Shown: positions 28,918 through 37,931, counted from the first letter of the stretch. The stretch is 39,676 nt of DNA from an uncultured Oscillospiraceae bacterium (GCA_964576395.1 CAZNVF010000001.1:1-39676); one strand, 5' to 3'. A program made the numbers and translations. The notes: generated by a model not told the origin, from the sequence alone.

Positions 28918-28976
28918 ATTTTTTGGCTAAGTTGTGCGGTAAAAGCAAAGCGGCTGATTCAAAAGAAACCCGCTAG

Positions 28977-30074
28977 TCAAACTATATCCGGAAAAATGCA
29001 GTGAAAGCCGGCATTTTCCATTCTTAAAGTAAAACGGTCCACTGCTTCCTCAGGAACAAAGGCTTGGGCTGTTCCGGCAAACCCACCGCCGTGAACCCTG
29101 ACAGCGGCGTCCCCGCCAAGTATTTCCCTTGCTAAATCAATGGCTTTTTTAAGCCTATGTTCCGGTTCGTTTTCTGAAACGACGTTTTTCAGATACTTTT
29201 CTGAGCTCTCAGCGGATTCTCTAAAAAGACCAAGGAACCTAATAAAATCGCCCCGGGTAAGGGCCTCGGCTTCCTCTTTGGCCCGGCGAGTCTCTTCAAA
29301 ATAGTGAAATGCGCGGAAAGAAGGAACCTCGCCATACTTTTCCCTGAGAATAGGGAACTGAGAAAGAAACTCCGCTTCATCCGCTTCTGAAAGCACCCGG
29401 TGCCCAAGGCTTTGGGCTATAAGGCACATATCTTTTGGTATTTTGGCATAGTCGCCTGTAAGATGGGAATGATCCGCACCGGATTCTATTATTGCAAGGC
29501 GGTAGCCGCATGAGGAGAAATCATAACTTATTTGGTGGAATTCCGGAAGCTCCGGGTCCGAAAAATCTGCAAAAACCACTCCGCCAACGGAACATATAAG
29601 CTGGTCCATAAGGCCGCACGGCTTGCCGAAAAACTCATTTTCAGCCCGCTGGCCAAACTGGGCCAATCTTAAAGGAGGAATGGTGTTTTCAAAATAGAGT
29701 CCGCTTATTATTTTGCCAATAAGCACTTCAAATGCAGCAGATGAGGAAAGCCCGCTTCCCACGGGTATCTCTGATGAAATATGGGCATCAAAGCCGCCAA
29801 ATGCATTCCCGCTTTGAAGAAAACAATCGCATACACCACGAACAAGAGAGGCCGAGGTACCCGCTTCTTCAGGGCGGGGCGAAGTTTCACCAATATCTAT
29901 CTCTATTTCACCAAAACCGTCTGAACATACGCGCACAAGATCGGTACCGTTTCGCTTTGCTGCTGCAGTCATGCCAAGGCTGACACCAGCCCCAAGAACA
30001 CACCCGCCCTGATGGTCGGTGTGGTTGCCGCCAAGCTCGGTACGCCCTGACGTAAAAAAGTATTGTTCTTCCAT
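28977..30074 (-). CDS. galK: Galactokinase-family GHMP kinase
   Basis: The start is trimmed to ATG 30074, behind GGGGAAAGGAA. It has GRTELGGNHTDHQGG (GalK signature variant) and PVGSGLSSSAA (GHMP motif). 365 aa. Confidence 0.8.
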   Translation of the reverse strand: MEEQYFFTSGRTELGGNHTDHQGGCVLGAGVSLGMTAAAKRNGTDLVRVCSDGFGEIEIDIGETSPRPEEAGTSASLVRGVCDCFLQSGNAFGGFDAHISSEIPVGSGLSSSAAFEVLIGKIISGLYFENTIPPLRLAQFGQRAENEFFGKPCGLMDQLICSVGGVVFADFSDPELPEFHQISYDFSSCGYRLAIIESGADHSHLTGDYAKIPKDMCLIAQSLGHRVLSEADEAEFLSQFPILREKYGEVPSFRAFHYFEETRRAKEEAEALTRGDFIRFLGLFRESAESSEKYLKNVVSENEPEHRLKKAIDLAREILGGDAAVRVHGGGFAGTAQAFVPEEAVDRFTLRMENAGFHCIFPDIV

Positions 30075-30102
30075 TTCCTTTCCCCTTTCTAATTTATAAT
30101 TA

Positions 30103-30131
30103 ATTATATCATACCGCTTTAGCATAGGCAA
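30103..30131 (-). promoter_or_regulatory. Extended -10 promoter of the galactokinase gene
   Basis: On the minus strand TTGCCT (30126-30131), a 17-nt spacer and TGATATAAT (extended -10; the TATAAT is at 30103-30108). Confidence 0.5.
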
Positions 30132-30164
30132 CAAAAAAGAGTAGTCCCCCAGCCGCCCGCTGCT

Positions 30165-30656
30165 TTAATCAAGATATTTCAAAATTATTTTATATTCTTC
30201 TACCAGATCCTCAAGGCGCCAGCGGGCGTTGGCTGGGCTTGTGGAGGGAAGAGAAATGGCGCATAGTCCCGTGTGGGGTTCTATAAGCTTTTGATAAAGG
30301 CCAAAGGCTGTTTTACCTGTGGTGAACACGGCTGCAATGGGCACTTTTTTAAGCAGGGAAGAAATGTCGTTTGGGTGCGGGGCCTTTATGCTGGAATCGG
30401 CGGCGCCCTCTATCTCGCACTCCGAAAGTACGTCCCAAAGGGCAATTCTGTGTTTCAGCGCGAAGTTCCGCCGCTCAGCAGGTGTTTTTGGCGCTCCCTC
30501 GCCCAAAACCGCCCCTAAAACCGACCAAAAGCGGTTTTGGGGGTGGCCGTAATAAAAGCCCTGTTCCCGGCTTTTAGGCGAGGGCATTGTTCCAAGTATG
30601 AGCACACGGCTATGCTCATCATAAACTGCGCCAAAAGGATGTGAAATATGTTCCAT
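30165..30656 (-). CDS. DNA-deoxyinosine glycosylase (UDG superfamily)
   Basis: 163 aa. VLILGTMPS...GFYYGHPQNRFW and LPSTSPAN match the hypoxanthine/uracil DNA glycosylase family. Confidence 0.8.
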   Translation of the reverse strand: MEHISHPFGAVYDEHSRVLILGTMPSPKSREQGFYYGHPQNRFWSVLGAVLGEGAPKTPAERRNFALKHRIALWDVLSECEIEGAADSSIKAPHPNDISSLLKKVPIAAVFTTGKTAFGLYQKLIEPHTGLCAISLPSTSPANARWRLEDLVEEYKIILKYLD

Positions 30657-31515
30657 AATCTTTATACCACCTTTTCCTCAAGGACGGAACCAATAAGCGC
30701 TCCGGGAATTACCGCTGTCTCAACGTTATAGACAACCATAGTAAAAACAACACATGCCGCGGCAAAGACTGAGCCAAATGAAAATAACTATTAAATCATG
30801 TTCATGCAAAATGAAAATATTCGTTTGCAGCTCCTCCGGACATCGGTTTAGCAGGAGTTTTGTAGTTATATGTAACAGAAAAGCCACCACCAATATTCGC
30901 TATTAGCCTGTTGGAACCCTGGTTCCCGCTATTACGTCATCAGTAGTAGGAATTTCGACCGTCTCCGCAACATTTCAGAACTGTTGGGCGCCATTTCCAT
31001 TGCTGATATGGGGATATAATAAAAAGGTAAATAAATGGAGATGTTTAATTGGCCTGCTATTTCTGCTTTAATTTGTCATTTCCATAGATATAAAAAATAG
31101 TATTTGAATTTTGCTATCGAAAAGTATTAAACTGTGAAAAGCCCTGTAAATATTGACTTTTTCACAGATTATGGCACTCAAAATAGCAGTGATTTTTATT
31201 GCTTTGGTGCTAAAATGGTGCCCAATCTTACAAAACCACCTTATGCGAAGATACTGCAAGGAAAATGAAGATATGTGGAAATCCTTGATTTTAAGCCATC
31301 TTCTCATAGTATCATAAGCATTTATGAGAACTTATTAGAAGATTTCCATCTATAAAATCAATAAAGAATTAAACATAGCTGTTACACTATTAAAAGGGAT
31401 TTTTTTATTAATTTAATATTATTTGCGTGAAATTGCCTTAATACTTAATAAAAGTATAGTTTGATTGATCATTTATGTCAAACTTAACGCTTTTTATAAA
31501 ACGTCTAAAATTACA
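30657..31515. other. AT-rich coding desert of ~860 bp with only short, degenerate ORFs. It is probably decayed or acquired DNA.
   Basis: The track shows no ORF of 60 aa or more except a low-complexity one at 31068-31307. The region is visibly much more AT-rich than its flanks. Frames open without start codons at 30662-30787 and 30802-30936 (minus strand). Confidence 0.6.
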
Positions 31516-32706
31516 TTATATTTTTATAAGCTTTTCGGTATAGGCAAGGCCGCAGGGGCCGGGGCTTGGTAGCAAAAGCTGCCAAAGGTCCTCTGCCCTT
31601 GACTCAAGGGCGGCAAGTGCAGCGGCAGTTTCTGAAGTCTTTTCAAGCTCAGCAAGGGAAGAGGAAAACGGCAGCTTAGCGGTATTTTTTGCAATTTTGA
31701 GCACCGCGGCGCCGACATTGTTCATTCCGAGCACGTGAATATAGGGCATTTTTGCCCCTTTGAGCACCGTTTCATCAAGGCCAAGGTAAGCCCCCGCAAC
31801 AATGCGCTTTACGCGGCTCATGGCATAGCGCTTTGTTTTTATAAGGTCATAAAGCTCGTCCGCTGAGCCTGCTGCATGTATAGAGTCATAAAGGCGGTGA
31901 TAAAGCCCTTCGGCAGCGCAGTCCGGAACCAATTTGAGGTCCTCTTCAGCCATAGTGCGAAGGCGTGAAAGAACAGAAACGCTGAACTTTTCGGTTGAAG
32001 CCGGAAGTTTACCGGCCGCCTCTGCCTCAAGCAAAAGCTGATGGGTCACAGCTGGAACATATGGCAGGATATCGATAACGCAGGGAAAACTCCGCAGATA
32101 GGTGGCGGAGGCCACTCCGCTTTTAAGCGCAGTTTCACCATGTCCGGCACCATAGCGCCGGATGGCTAAAGGCTTAATTTTTGAACCAAGGCGCAAAAGC
32201 CACTTGCAATATTCCGTACCAAGGGTGTCGTTTGGGGAAGATATCACAGCTTCCAATTCCGGCGCAAGGCGAGAGGCAGCCGCAGCCCTTGCAGTGGCGG
32301 CTGAAAGGCCTTCGGAATGGGATTTTTTGACCTCTGTAAGAAACTCTGCCGTTTCAGAAATGGAGGCGAAACGAGCTATCTTTTCGGTATCGCCACTCTC
32401 ACTTCCAAAACAAAGCGCTGAAACGCAGCCCAGTGAATCCAGCAGAGTGACACCTCCCTCGGCAAAACGTTCCGCTGATCCAACAGCGTAAGGCGCAGGT
32501 ATTTCGAGCACCAGATCCGCTCCGCAGAGAAGGGCGGACTTTGCCCGCAGGTATTTTGAGCACCATGCAGGTTCGCCTCTTTGGGTGAACTCGCCCCCAA
32601 GAGCGACAACAATTGCATCTGCCCCGGCAGCCCTAGCCTTTTTTATATGATAAGCGTGACCGTTGTGAAACGGGTCATATTCGGCTATAATTCCTGTTAT
32701 GTTCAT
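31516..32706 (-). CDS. tmcAL: tRNA(Met) cytidine acetate ligase (YlbM/UPF0348)
   Basis: The start is trimmed to ATG 32706, 6 nt after AAGGAG. MNITGIIAEYDPFHNGHAYHI is the hallmark nucleotidyltransferase HxGH N-terminus. 396 aa. Confidence 0.85.
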   Translation of the reverse strand: MNITGIIAEYDPFHNGHAYHIKKARAAGADAIVVALGGEFTQRGEPAWCSKYLRAKSALLCGADLVLEIPAPYAVGSAERFAEGGVTLLDSLGCVSALCFGSESGDTEKIARFASISETAEFLTEVKKSHSEGLSAATARAAAASRLAPELEAVISSPNDTLGTEYCKWLLRLGSKIKPLAIRRYGAGHGETALKSGVASATYLRSFPCVIDILPYVPAVTHQLLLEAEAAGKLPASTEKFSVSVLSRLRTMAEEDLKLVPDCAAEGLYHRLYDSIHAAGSADELYDLIKTKRYAMSRVKRIVAGAYLGLDETVLKGAKMPYIHVLGMNNVGAAVLKIAKNTAKLPFSSSLAELEKTSETAAALAALESRAEDLWQLLLPSPGPCGLAYTEKLIKI

Positions 32707-32753
32707 ACGCTTCTCCTTTGTTGGGGAAATAGTCTGTTTCATATATTGGTGGA

Positions 32754-32921
32754 GTTTCACCTCTGCAGAGGGTAGGTTGCAAAACTTGCTTACTGTTTCA
32801 TTCTGGCGTGGCGCCCATGGAGGGACTTCAGTTTACATTAGCAAACGTAAGAGGATGCAAGTGGTCAGAAGGAACAAGGTTTACCGAAGGGCTTAAATTA
32901 TAAAAAGCACTTTGCTTTTTT
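32754..32921 (+). ncRNA. Candidate structured RNA or leader in the tmcAL/ackA divergent spacer (speculative)
   Basis: A possible promoter is TTGTTG (32718-32723), an 18-nt spacer and TATATT (32742-32747). An imperfect long helix pairs 32784-32798 with 32843-32862. A weak AT-rich hairpin plus T-run lies at 32902-32921. I do not recognise the family. Confidence 0.2.
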
Positions 32922-33121
32922 GCTTTCAATGAGCAATTATACCCTTTGGGGAGAATAAAAAATCATTTGCCAAAATTTTGACGGGTTTATCTTGCAATTT
33001 AAATTATAATGTAATAATATATAATTGTGACCCGAATGTCAAATAAGAGCGGGCTTTGCTTTTTCCCGCCATTTGAAAAACAAATAAAAATCGGGATAAA
33101 AATCTTGGAGGTCGTTTAAGA

Positions 33122-34327
33122 ATGAAAGTACTTGTTATCAACGCAGGCAGCTCCTCACTTAAGTACCAGCTCATTGAAATGGACAACGAGGAGGTCGTTG
33201 CAAAAGGTCTTTGCGAAAGGATTGGAATTGATGGCCGCATCAGCCACAAAACAGCTTCCGGCTATAAAGAAGAATATGATGTGAGCTTCCCCACCCATAA
33301 AGAGGCTTTTGAGGAACTTGTAAAGCTTCTTACCACTGGTGAAAATAGGGTAGTAAATGACATAAGCGAAATTAAAGCCATTGGTCATCGTGTTCTTCAC
33401 GGCTCAGAAAAATACAAAGCTTCTACCCGCGTGGATGACGAGCTCATTGAAGATATTGGTGTATAATTCAAAGATCTTGGTCCGCTTCATAATCCACCGC
33501 AGGCTGTCGCAATGAAAGCCTGCCAGGAAGTTTTCGGAAAAGAGACCCCTATGGTCGCTGTTTTCGACACCTCCTTCCACCAAACTATGCCCGAAAAAGC
33601 ATATATGTTTGGTATTCCTTATGAATATTATGAGAAATACTCTATCCGCCGTTACGGCTTCCACGGCACCAGCCACCGCTTTATCACCAAAAGATATTTC
33701 GAGATCACCGGCAAAAATCCTGAGGGCACAAAGCTTATTATATGCCACCTTGGCAACGGTTCCAGCCTTTCTGCAGTAAAAGACGGAAAAGTTGTAGATA
33801 CATCTATGGGCCTTACCCCTCTTGACGGTTTTGTAATGGGCACTCGCTGTGGCGGTATCGACCCATCCGTTGTGACGTATATTATGGATAAAGAGGGCCT
33901 TACCCCAGAGCAGATGAGCAATCTTATGAACAAAAAGTCCGGTTTTCTTGGAATTTCCGGTATTTCCAGCGACTGCCGCGACCTTGAAGACGCTGCTGCA
34001 AAGGGCAATCACAGAGCACAGCTCGCCCTTGATATGTTCACCTATCAAATTAAAAAGATTGCCGGCGGTTATGCGGCGGCAATGGGCGGCGTAGACGCTG
34101 TTATCTTCACTGGCGGAATCGGCGAAAACTCTGCAAAAGAGCGTGGCGAGATATGCTCTAACATGGAATACCTTGGGCTTTCCATTGGCGAAGAGCTTAA
34201 CAATAATGCAAGCCGTAAAGAAGCCAAATTCTCAACCGGCGACAGCAAAGTTGAGGCTTGGGTAATCCCGACCAACGAAGAACTCATGATAGCGCAGGAT
34301 ACTGTCGAGATCGTTTTCGGAAAATGA
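33122..34327 (+). pseudogene. ackA: Acetate kinase interrupted by one in-frame TAA (33464-33466)
   Basis: MKVLVINAGSSSLKYQL... (33122-33466) and ...VAVFDTSFHQTMP... (to 34327) are in the same frame. The 45 nt between the track ORFs encode the conserved FKDLGPLHNP segment. Only the single stop breaks the gene. Confidence 0.85.
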
Positions 34328-34454
34328 TTCAATAATATAATGAAAATATAGCCGCCTATACGACGTGTGTATAAGGAAGCAGACTTCCGCTTGCTTTTGT
34401 GAACAAAGCTATAGTTAATGTTGAAAACTCTTCGTTTGAGGAGAAATGTTAAAA

Positions 34455-34664
34455 ATGACAACATCGAATATAAAAGATATTATCCAAAGTGATATTTTCA
34501 AAGTCTGGGAAGTCATTTTAGAAATTGATAATTACAGTACATGGCGGAGTGATTTGAGCAAAACCGAAGTTGTAAATGAAAATCAGTTTATTGAATACAC
34601 CAAAGATGGCTATTCTACCATGTTTACTGTTGTCACAGATTTAAAGAAAGCGCTTGACAGATGA
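34455..34664 (+). CDS. Short SRPBCC/START-like fragment, probably a truncated remnant
   Basis: 69 aa counted from the second ATG. IFKVWEVILEIDNYSTWRSDL resembles the N-terminal half of SRPBCC (polyketide cyclase/AHSA1-like) proteins, which are normally about twice this length. Confidence 0.4.
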   Translation: MTTSNIKDIIQSDIFKVWEVILEIDNYSTWRSDLSKTEVVNENQFIEYTKDGYSTMFTVVTDLKKALDR

Positions 34665-34680
34665 TTCCCAATCTATAAAG

Positions 34681-34727
34681 AAAACCCGCTATGACGTCTT
34701 CCAAATTGAAAGATGTCATAGCGGGTT
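34681..34727. terminator. Strong bidirectional terminator hairpin
   Basis: A 19-bp stem, AAACCCGCTATGACGTCTT / AAGATGTCATAGCGGGTTT (one G-U pair), with a 9-nt loop. T-rich tracts follow on both strands. Confidence 0.75.
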
Positions 34728-34822
34728 TTATACTTTATAGAAACTATTTTTTTCGGTATGATAAATAATTTCTTTACACAGCCGCTCGCCAGGGCGGCTA
34801 TTTTGTTACTCTGTATGTGACC

Positions 34823-36649
34823 TTATTCGTTTGTAAGCGGTGAAAAATATTCGGTCTTATAATTCATATAGTGCTCAAGAAAATGCTCGGTGTCTCCCCG
34901 GCGTATCCGGCGAGAGAACTCGGCGTCATCAAGGGCGCTGGTTTTGAACTGCACCGCAAGGGAAACGCCAATGTTGGAACAGTGTTTTGCCATACGCTCA
35001 ATGTCAATGAGCGCGCCCACAAAAAGAGAGCCCGCCTCATAGGAATATTCACCCTCTTTAAGCCTAGTCATATGACGGCTGCGAATGAGCTCAGTCATCT
35101 CGCTGACAACTCCGCAAAGCGGCTCTATTTCAGAACAGGCGCGTTTGTTTCTGTTATCTGAGCCGTCGATAGAAACATTTATAAGTTCCCTCAACGCGGT
35201 GGAAAGAAGATTGAGCTCCCTTTTACCGCTGATAGTAAGGCCCATGTTTTTAGCCGAGATATCTTCAGCGGTCTCACTGAGCCTTATGGCGTGCTCAATT
35301 ATATGAAAGCAGTCGTCGCAGCGAGTTATCATACCCGTGACAGCTCGGGCTTCACTCTCAGAAAGATCCTGTTCAGCGATTTTGCGAAGATATTCATTAA
35401 GGGCGTTGTCCATTCTCATAACAGCGGTATATTCTTCGTTTATTCGTTCGGCGGTGAACAGCTTATTGCCATTCACCCGCTCAAGGGCGCCAAGCGCGCA
35501 GGATCTTGTAAGGGAAGTTATTTTACGAAAAACCGACTCTGACTGTTCAATGGCAAGGGACGGATTGTTCAGGAAGCGGACATCAAGAGCGGAGGTGTCA
35601 CTGTCGATCTCGGTACCGTCCGATGGGATCGACAGCATGCAGAGTTTTTCCAACAGTTTCACAAAGGGAAGGAAAAGCACCGTCATGGTAACGTTGAAAA
35701 TTGTATGAAAATTGGCTATTCCGCTGCGGTCTATGGGGTTGTTCCAAAAGTTGAAAACACCAAAATTTTTAAGAGCAAAAATGACAGCGGAAAAAACTAC
35801 TGTTCCAATAACGTTGAAGTAAAGATGTGAAAGAGCAGTACGTTTGGCGTTTTTTGAGGCGCCTATGCAAGATATCATGGAGGTGACAGTGGTGCCTATG
35901 TTCTGGCCAAGAATTATCGGTACTGCGGCAGCCCAACTTATGGCGCCAGTAGAAGCCAGCGCCTGAAGAATACCAACAGAGGCAGAGGAGCTTTGAATAA
36001 GCGCAGTGACCGCCGCGCCCGCAATAATGCCAAGTATGGCATTGTCTCCCAGGGCGGAGAAAATTCCGGAAAGTATGGGCGAATCTTTAAGGCCCGAAAG
36101 GGAATCCTCCATAGAGAGCATTCCGATGAAGAGTATTCCAAAGGCGATAAGAATCTCCCCAAAAGTGCGGTTTTTGCTTTTTTTGCTGAACATAATTAAC
36201 ACCGCGCCAATAAGAGCAAAGATAGGAGCAAAGGTTGAGGGTTTAAGCATTGAAGCAAAGACGTTGGTGCTTTCGATATCCATAAGGCGAAGGATATGAG
36301 CAGTTATGGTGGTTCCAACATTGGACCCCATGATTATTCCTATTGCCTGGCTAAGCTTAAGAATACCGGAGTTGACAAGACCGACGGTTATGACTGTTGT
36401 TGCGGAAGAACTTTGAACAAGGGCCGTCAGGGCTATTCCCAAAAGAACGCTTTTCCAGGTATTCCCTGTAAGTTTTTCAAGTATTTTTGAGAGCTTATTT
36501 CCGGAAACTTTTTCAAGGCTTGCACTGAGCATATGCATTCCGTAAAGGAAGAGGGCGAGGCCTCCAAGGGCAGAGATAAAATCGAAAATATCCATTGGGT
36601 CTATATAATCCTCCAAAGTCAAAGCATTAGCGCCTTCAAGGTCGATCAT
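34823..36649 (-). CDS. Na/Pi cotransporter family protein with a C-terminal PhoU-like domain
   Basis: 608 aa. Duplicated Na/Pi-cotransporter repeats (ALVQSSSATT / ALIQSSSASV) are followed by a helical PhoU-like tail. ATG 36649 has no SD, so ATG 36595 (MDIFDFISALGG) is an alternative start. Confidence 0.85.
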   Translation of the reverse strand: MIDLEGANALTLEDYIDPMDIFDFISALGGLALFLYGMHMLSASLEKVSGNKLSKILEKLTGNTWKSVLLGIALTALVQSSSATTVITVGLVNSGILKLSQAIGIIMGSNVGTTITAHILRLMDIESTNVFASMLKPSTFAPIFALIGAVLIMFSKKSKNRTFGEILIAFGILFIGMLSMEDSLSGLKDSPILSGIFSALGDNAILGIIAGAAVTALIQSSSASVGILQALASTGAISWAAAVPIILGQNIGTTVTSMISCIGASKNAKRTALSHLYFNVIGTVVFSAVIFALKNFGVFNFWNNPIDRSGIANFHTIFNVTMTVLFLPFVKLLEKLCMLSIPSDGTEIDSDTSALDVRFLNNPSLAIEQSESVFRKITSLTRSCALGALERVNGNKLFTAERINEEYTAVMRMDNALNEYLRKIAEQDLSESEARAVTGMITRCDDCFHIIEHAIRLSETAEDISAKNMGLTISGKRELNLLSTALRELINVSIDGSDNRNKRACSEIEPLCGVVSEMTELIRSRHMTRLKEGEYSYEAGSLFVGALIDIERMAKHCSNIGVSLAVQFKTSALDDAEFSRRIRRGDTEHFLEHYMNYKTEYFSPLTNE

Positions 36650-36863
36650 TTTAGTTTGTAGAATTCACGTTAGTATTTTTATTATACTTTATTTTTTACC
36701 ATATGAAAAGGGAAATTTTAATATGGATAAATTTTTACCTTAAGAATATATTCAAAAACGGAAAATTGGGTTTTAAAATATTTTATATGTGGTAAAATAA
36801 AAGTATAAAACGCTTCCGGCGGCGCAGCCCTTAAAACTATTTTGCCGGAGATGGAGGCAATTT

Positions 36864-37859
36864 ATGAAAAGTAACCGTTTTTTAGCCGCTTTTTTGAGCG
36901 TGGCCCTACTTTTTTCAATGACAGCTTGCTCTAAGGAAAAAGAATCTAAAAGCAGTGCGGATGAAAACAATATCCTTTCGGGCGAAAACAGCCTTGCACC
37001 CGCAAACAAAATAGAGATAACTCAAAACAGTTCTGAAAGCGAGCCAGAACAGGAAAGCAATTCGGAATACGAGCCTGAGCAGGATGTACTTTCACCCTAT
37101 TCGCCGGGGCAAAACGCCCTTCCGAGTAAGGAAAATATGAGCGGTGAGTTCACAAAGATTGCAGAGCTGTCTTCAGAGCAGGTACCTTGGGGTCCCGGAA
37201 CAAATTTTAACTCCGATGGAAAACCCACGGCCTGCGTTATGCTTCAGGACGACTACGGCGATTATGACGCAGATTTTGTACGGGCCGGGGATGAGTTTGA
37301 AAACAAAGTCTACCTTACCTTTGACGAAGGATATGAGAACGGCTATACGGGCGCTATTCTTGATACGCTCAAAGAGAAAGGTGTCAGTGCAGTGTTCTTT
37401 GTGACGCTCCCCTATGTAAAAAGCGAGCCGGAGCTAGTACAGAGAATGATAGACGAGGGGCATATTGTGGGTAATCATACCGCAAGGCACCCCAATATGA
37501 CCGGCATTACCCCGGAGGAAGCCTATGACGAGGTAGCGGATCTCCATGAATATATGGAGGAGAACTTCAATTATAGTATGTACCTTTTCCGTTTCCCAGA
37601 GGGGGCCTTTTCAGAGCAGAATCTCTGCCTGCTTCAAAATATGGGGTACCGCTGTGTTTTTTGGAGCTTTGCTTATAAAGACTGGGACCCTAATGACCAA
37701 ATGGAACCGGATACGGCGTTTGCAAAGGTAATCGGCTCGCTGCACAGCGGAGAGATATTCCTTCTTCACGCCGTTTCGGCCACAAACGCTCAGATACTTG
37801 GTGATTTTATTGACTTCGTAAGAAACGAGGGGTACAGCTTTGAGGTCTACCAAAAATAG
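36864..37859 (+). CDS. pdaA: Polysaccharide deacetylase lipoprotein, PdaA-like (delta-lactam-biosynthetic de-N-acetylase family)
   Basis: It has a lipobox (LLFSMTAC), a low-complexity linker, and a NodB domain that closely resembles B. subtilis PdaA (YLTFDEGYENGYT, GHIVGNHTARHP, VFWSFAYKDW, LLHAVS). Confidence 0.8.
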   Translation: MKSNRFLAAFLSVALLFSMTACSKEKESKSSADENNILSGENSLAPANKIEITQNSSESEPEQESNSEYEPEQDVLSPYSPGQNALPSKENMSGEFTKIAELSSEQVPWGPGTNFNSDGKPTACVMLQDDYGDYDADFVRAGDEFENKVYLTFDEGYENGYTGAILDTLKEKGVSAVFFVTLPYVKSEPELVQRMIDEGHIVGNHTARHPNMTGITPEEAYDEVADLHEYMEENFNYSMYLFRFPEGAFSEQNLCLLQNMGYRCVFWSFAYKDWDPNDQMEPDTAFAKVIGSLHSGEIFLLHAVSATNAQILGDFIDFVRNEGYSFEVYQK

Positions 37860-37894
37860 CTGTTTATTACAGGCATAAGGCAACAATGTTTAAA

Positions 37895-37931
37895 TTAAAG
37901 CCGGCACCGTTAGGGAGCCGGCTTTAATTTT
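37895..37931 (+). terminator. Intrinsic terminator after pdaA
   Basis: TTAAAGCCGGC pairs with GCCGGCTTTAA (11 bp, perfect) around an 11-nt loop, followed by TTTT. Confidence 0.8.

Noticed and set aside
31068-31307. A 79-aa minus-strand ORF inside the AT-rich region
   Set aside because: The sequence is low-complexity and Ile/Phe/Lys-rich, with no SD. It overlaps an equally plausible plus-strand ORF, consistent with chance open frames in AT-rich DNA.
30780-31515. The AT-rich desert as a replication origin or a CRISPR/tandem-repeat array
   Set aside because: I found no TTATCCACA-type DnaA boxes (the nearest is TGTGGAAAT, with 2 mismatches), no dnaA/dnaN context, and no regularly spaced direct repeats.
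33030-33050. Near-palindrome TTGTGACCCGAATGTCAA upstream of ackA as a CcpA cre site
   Set aside because: It does not fit the cre consensus (TGWAANCGNTNWCA): the central CG and flanking positions mismatch. Only a 4-bp inverted repeat remains.
33464-33466. The possibility that the in-frame TAA in ackA reflects stop-codon reassignment or programmed recoding
   Set aside because: TAA terminates several well-defined genes in the same window at the expected protein ends. No SECIS/PYLIS-type logic applies to TAA, and I saw no slippery or stimulatory structure nearby.
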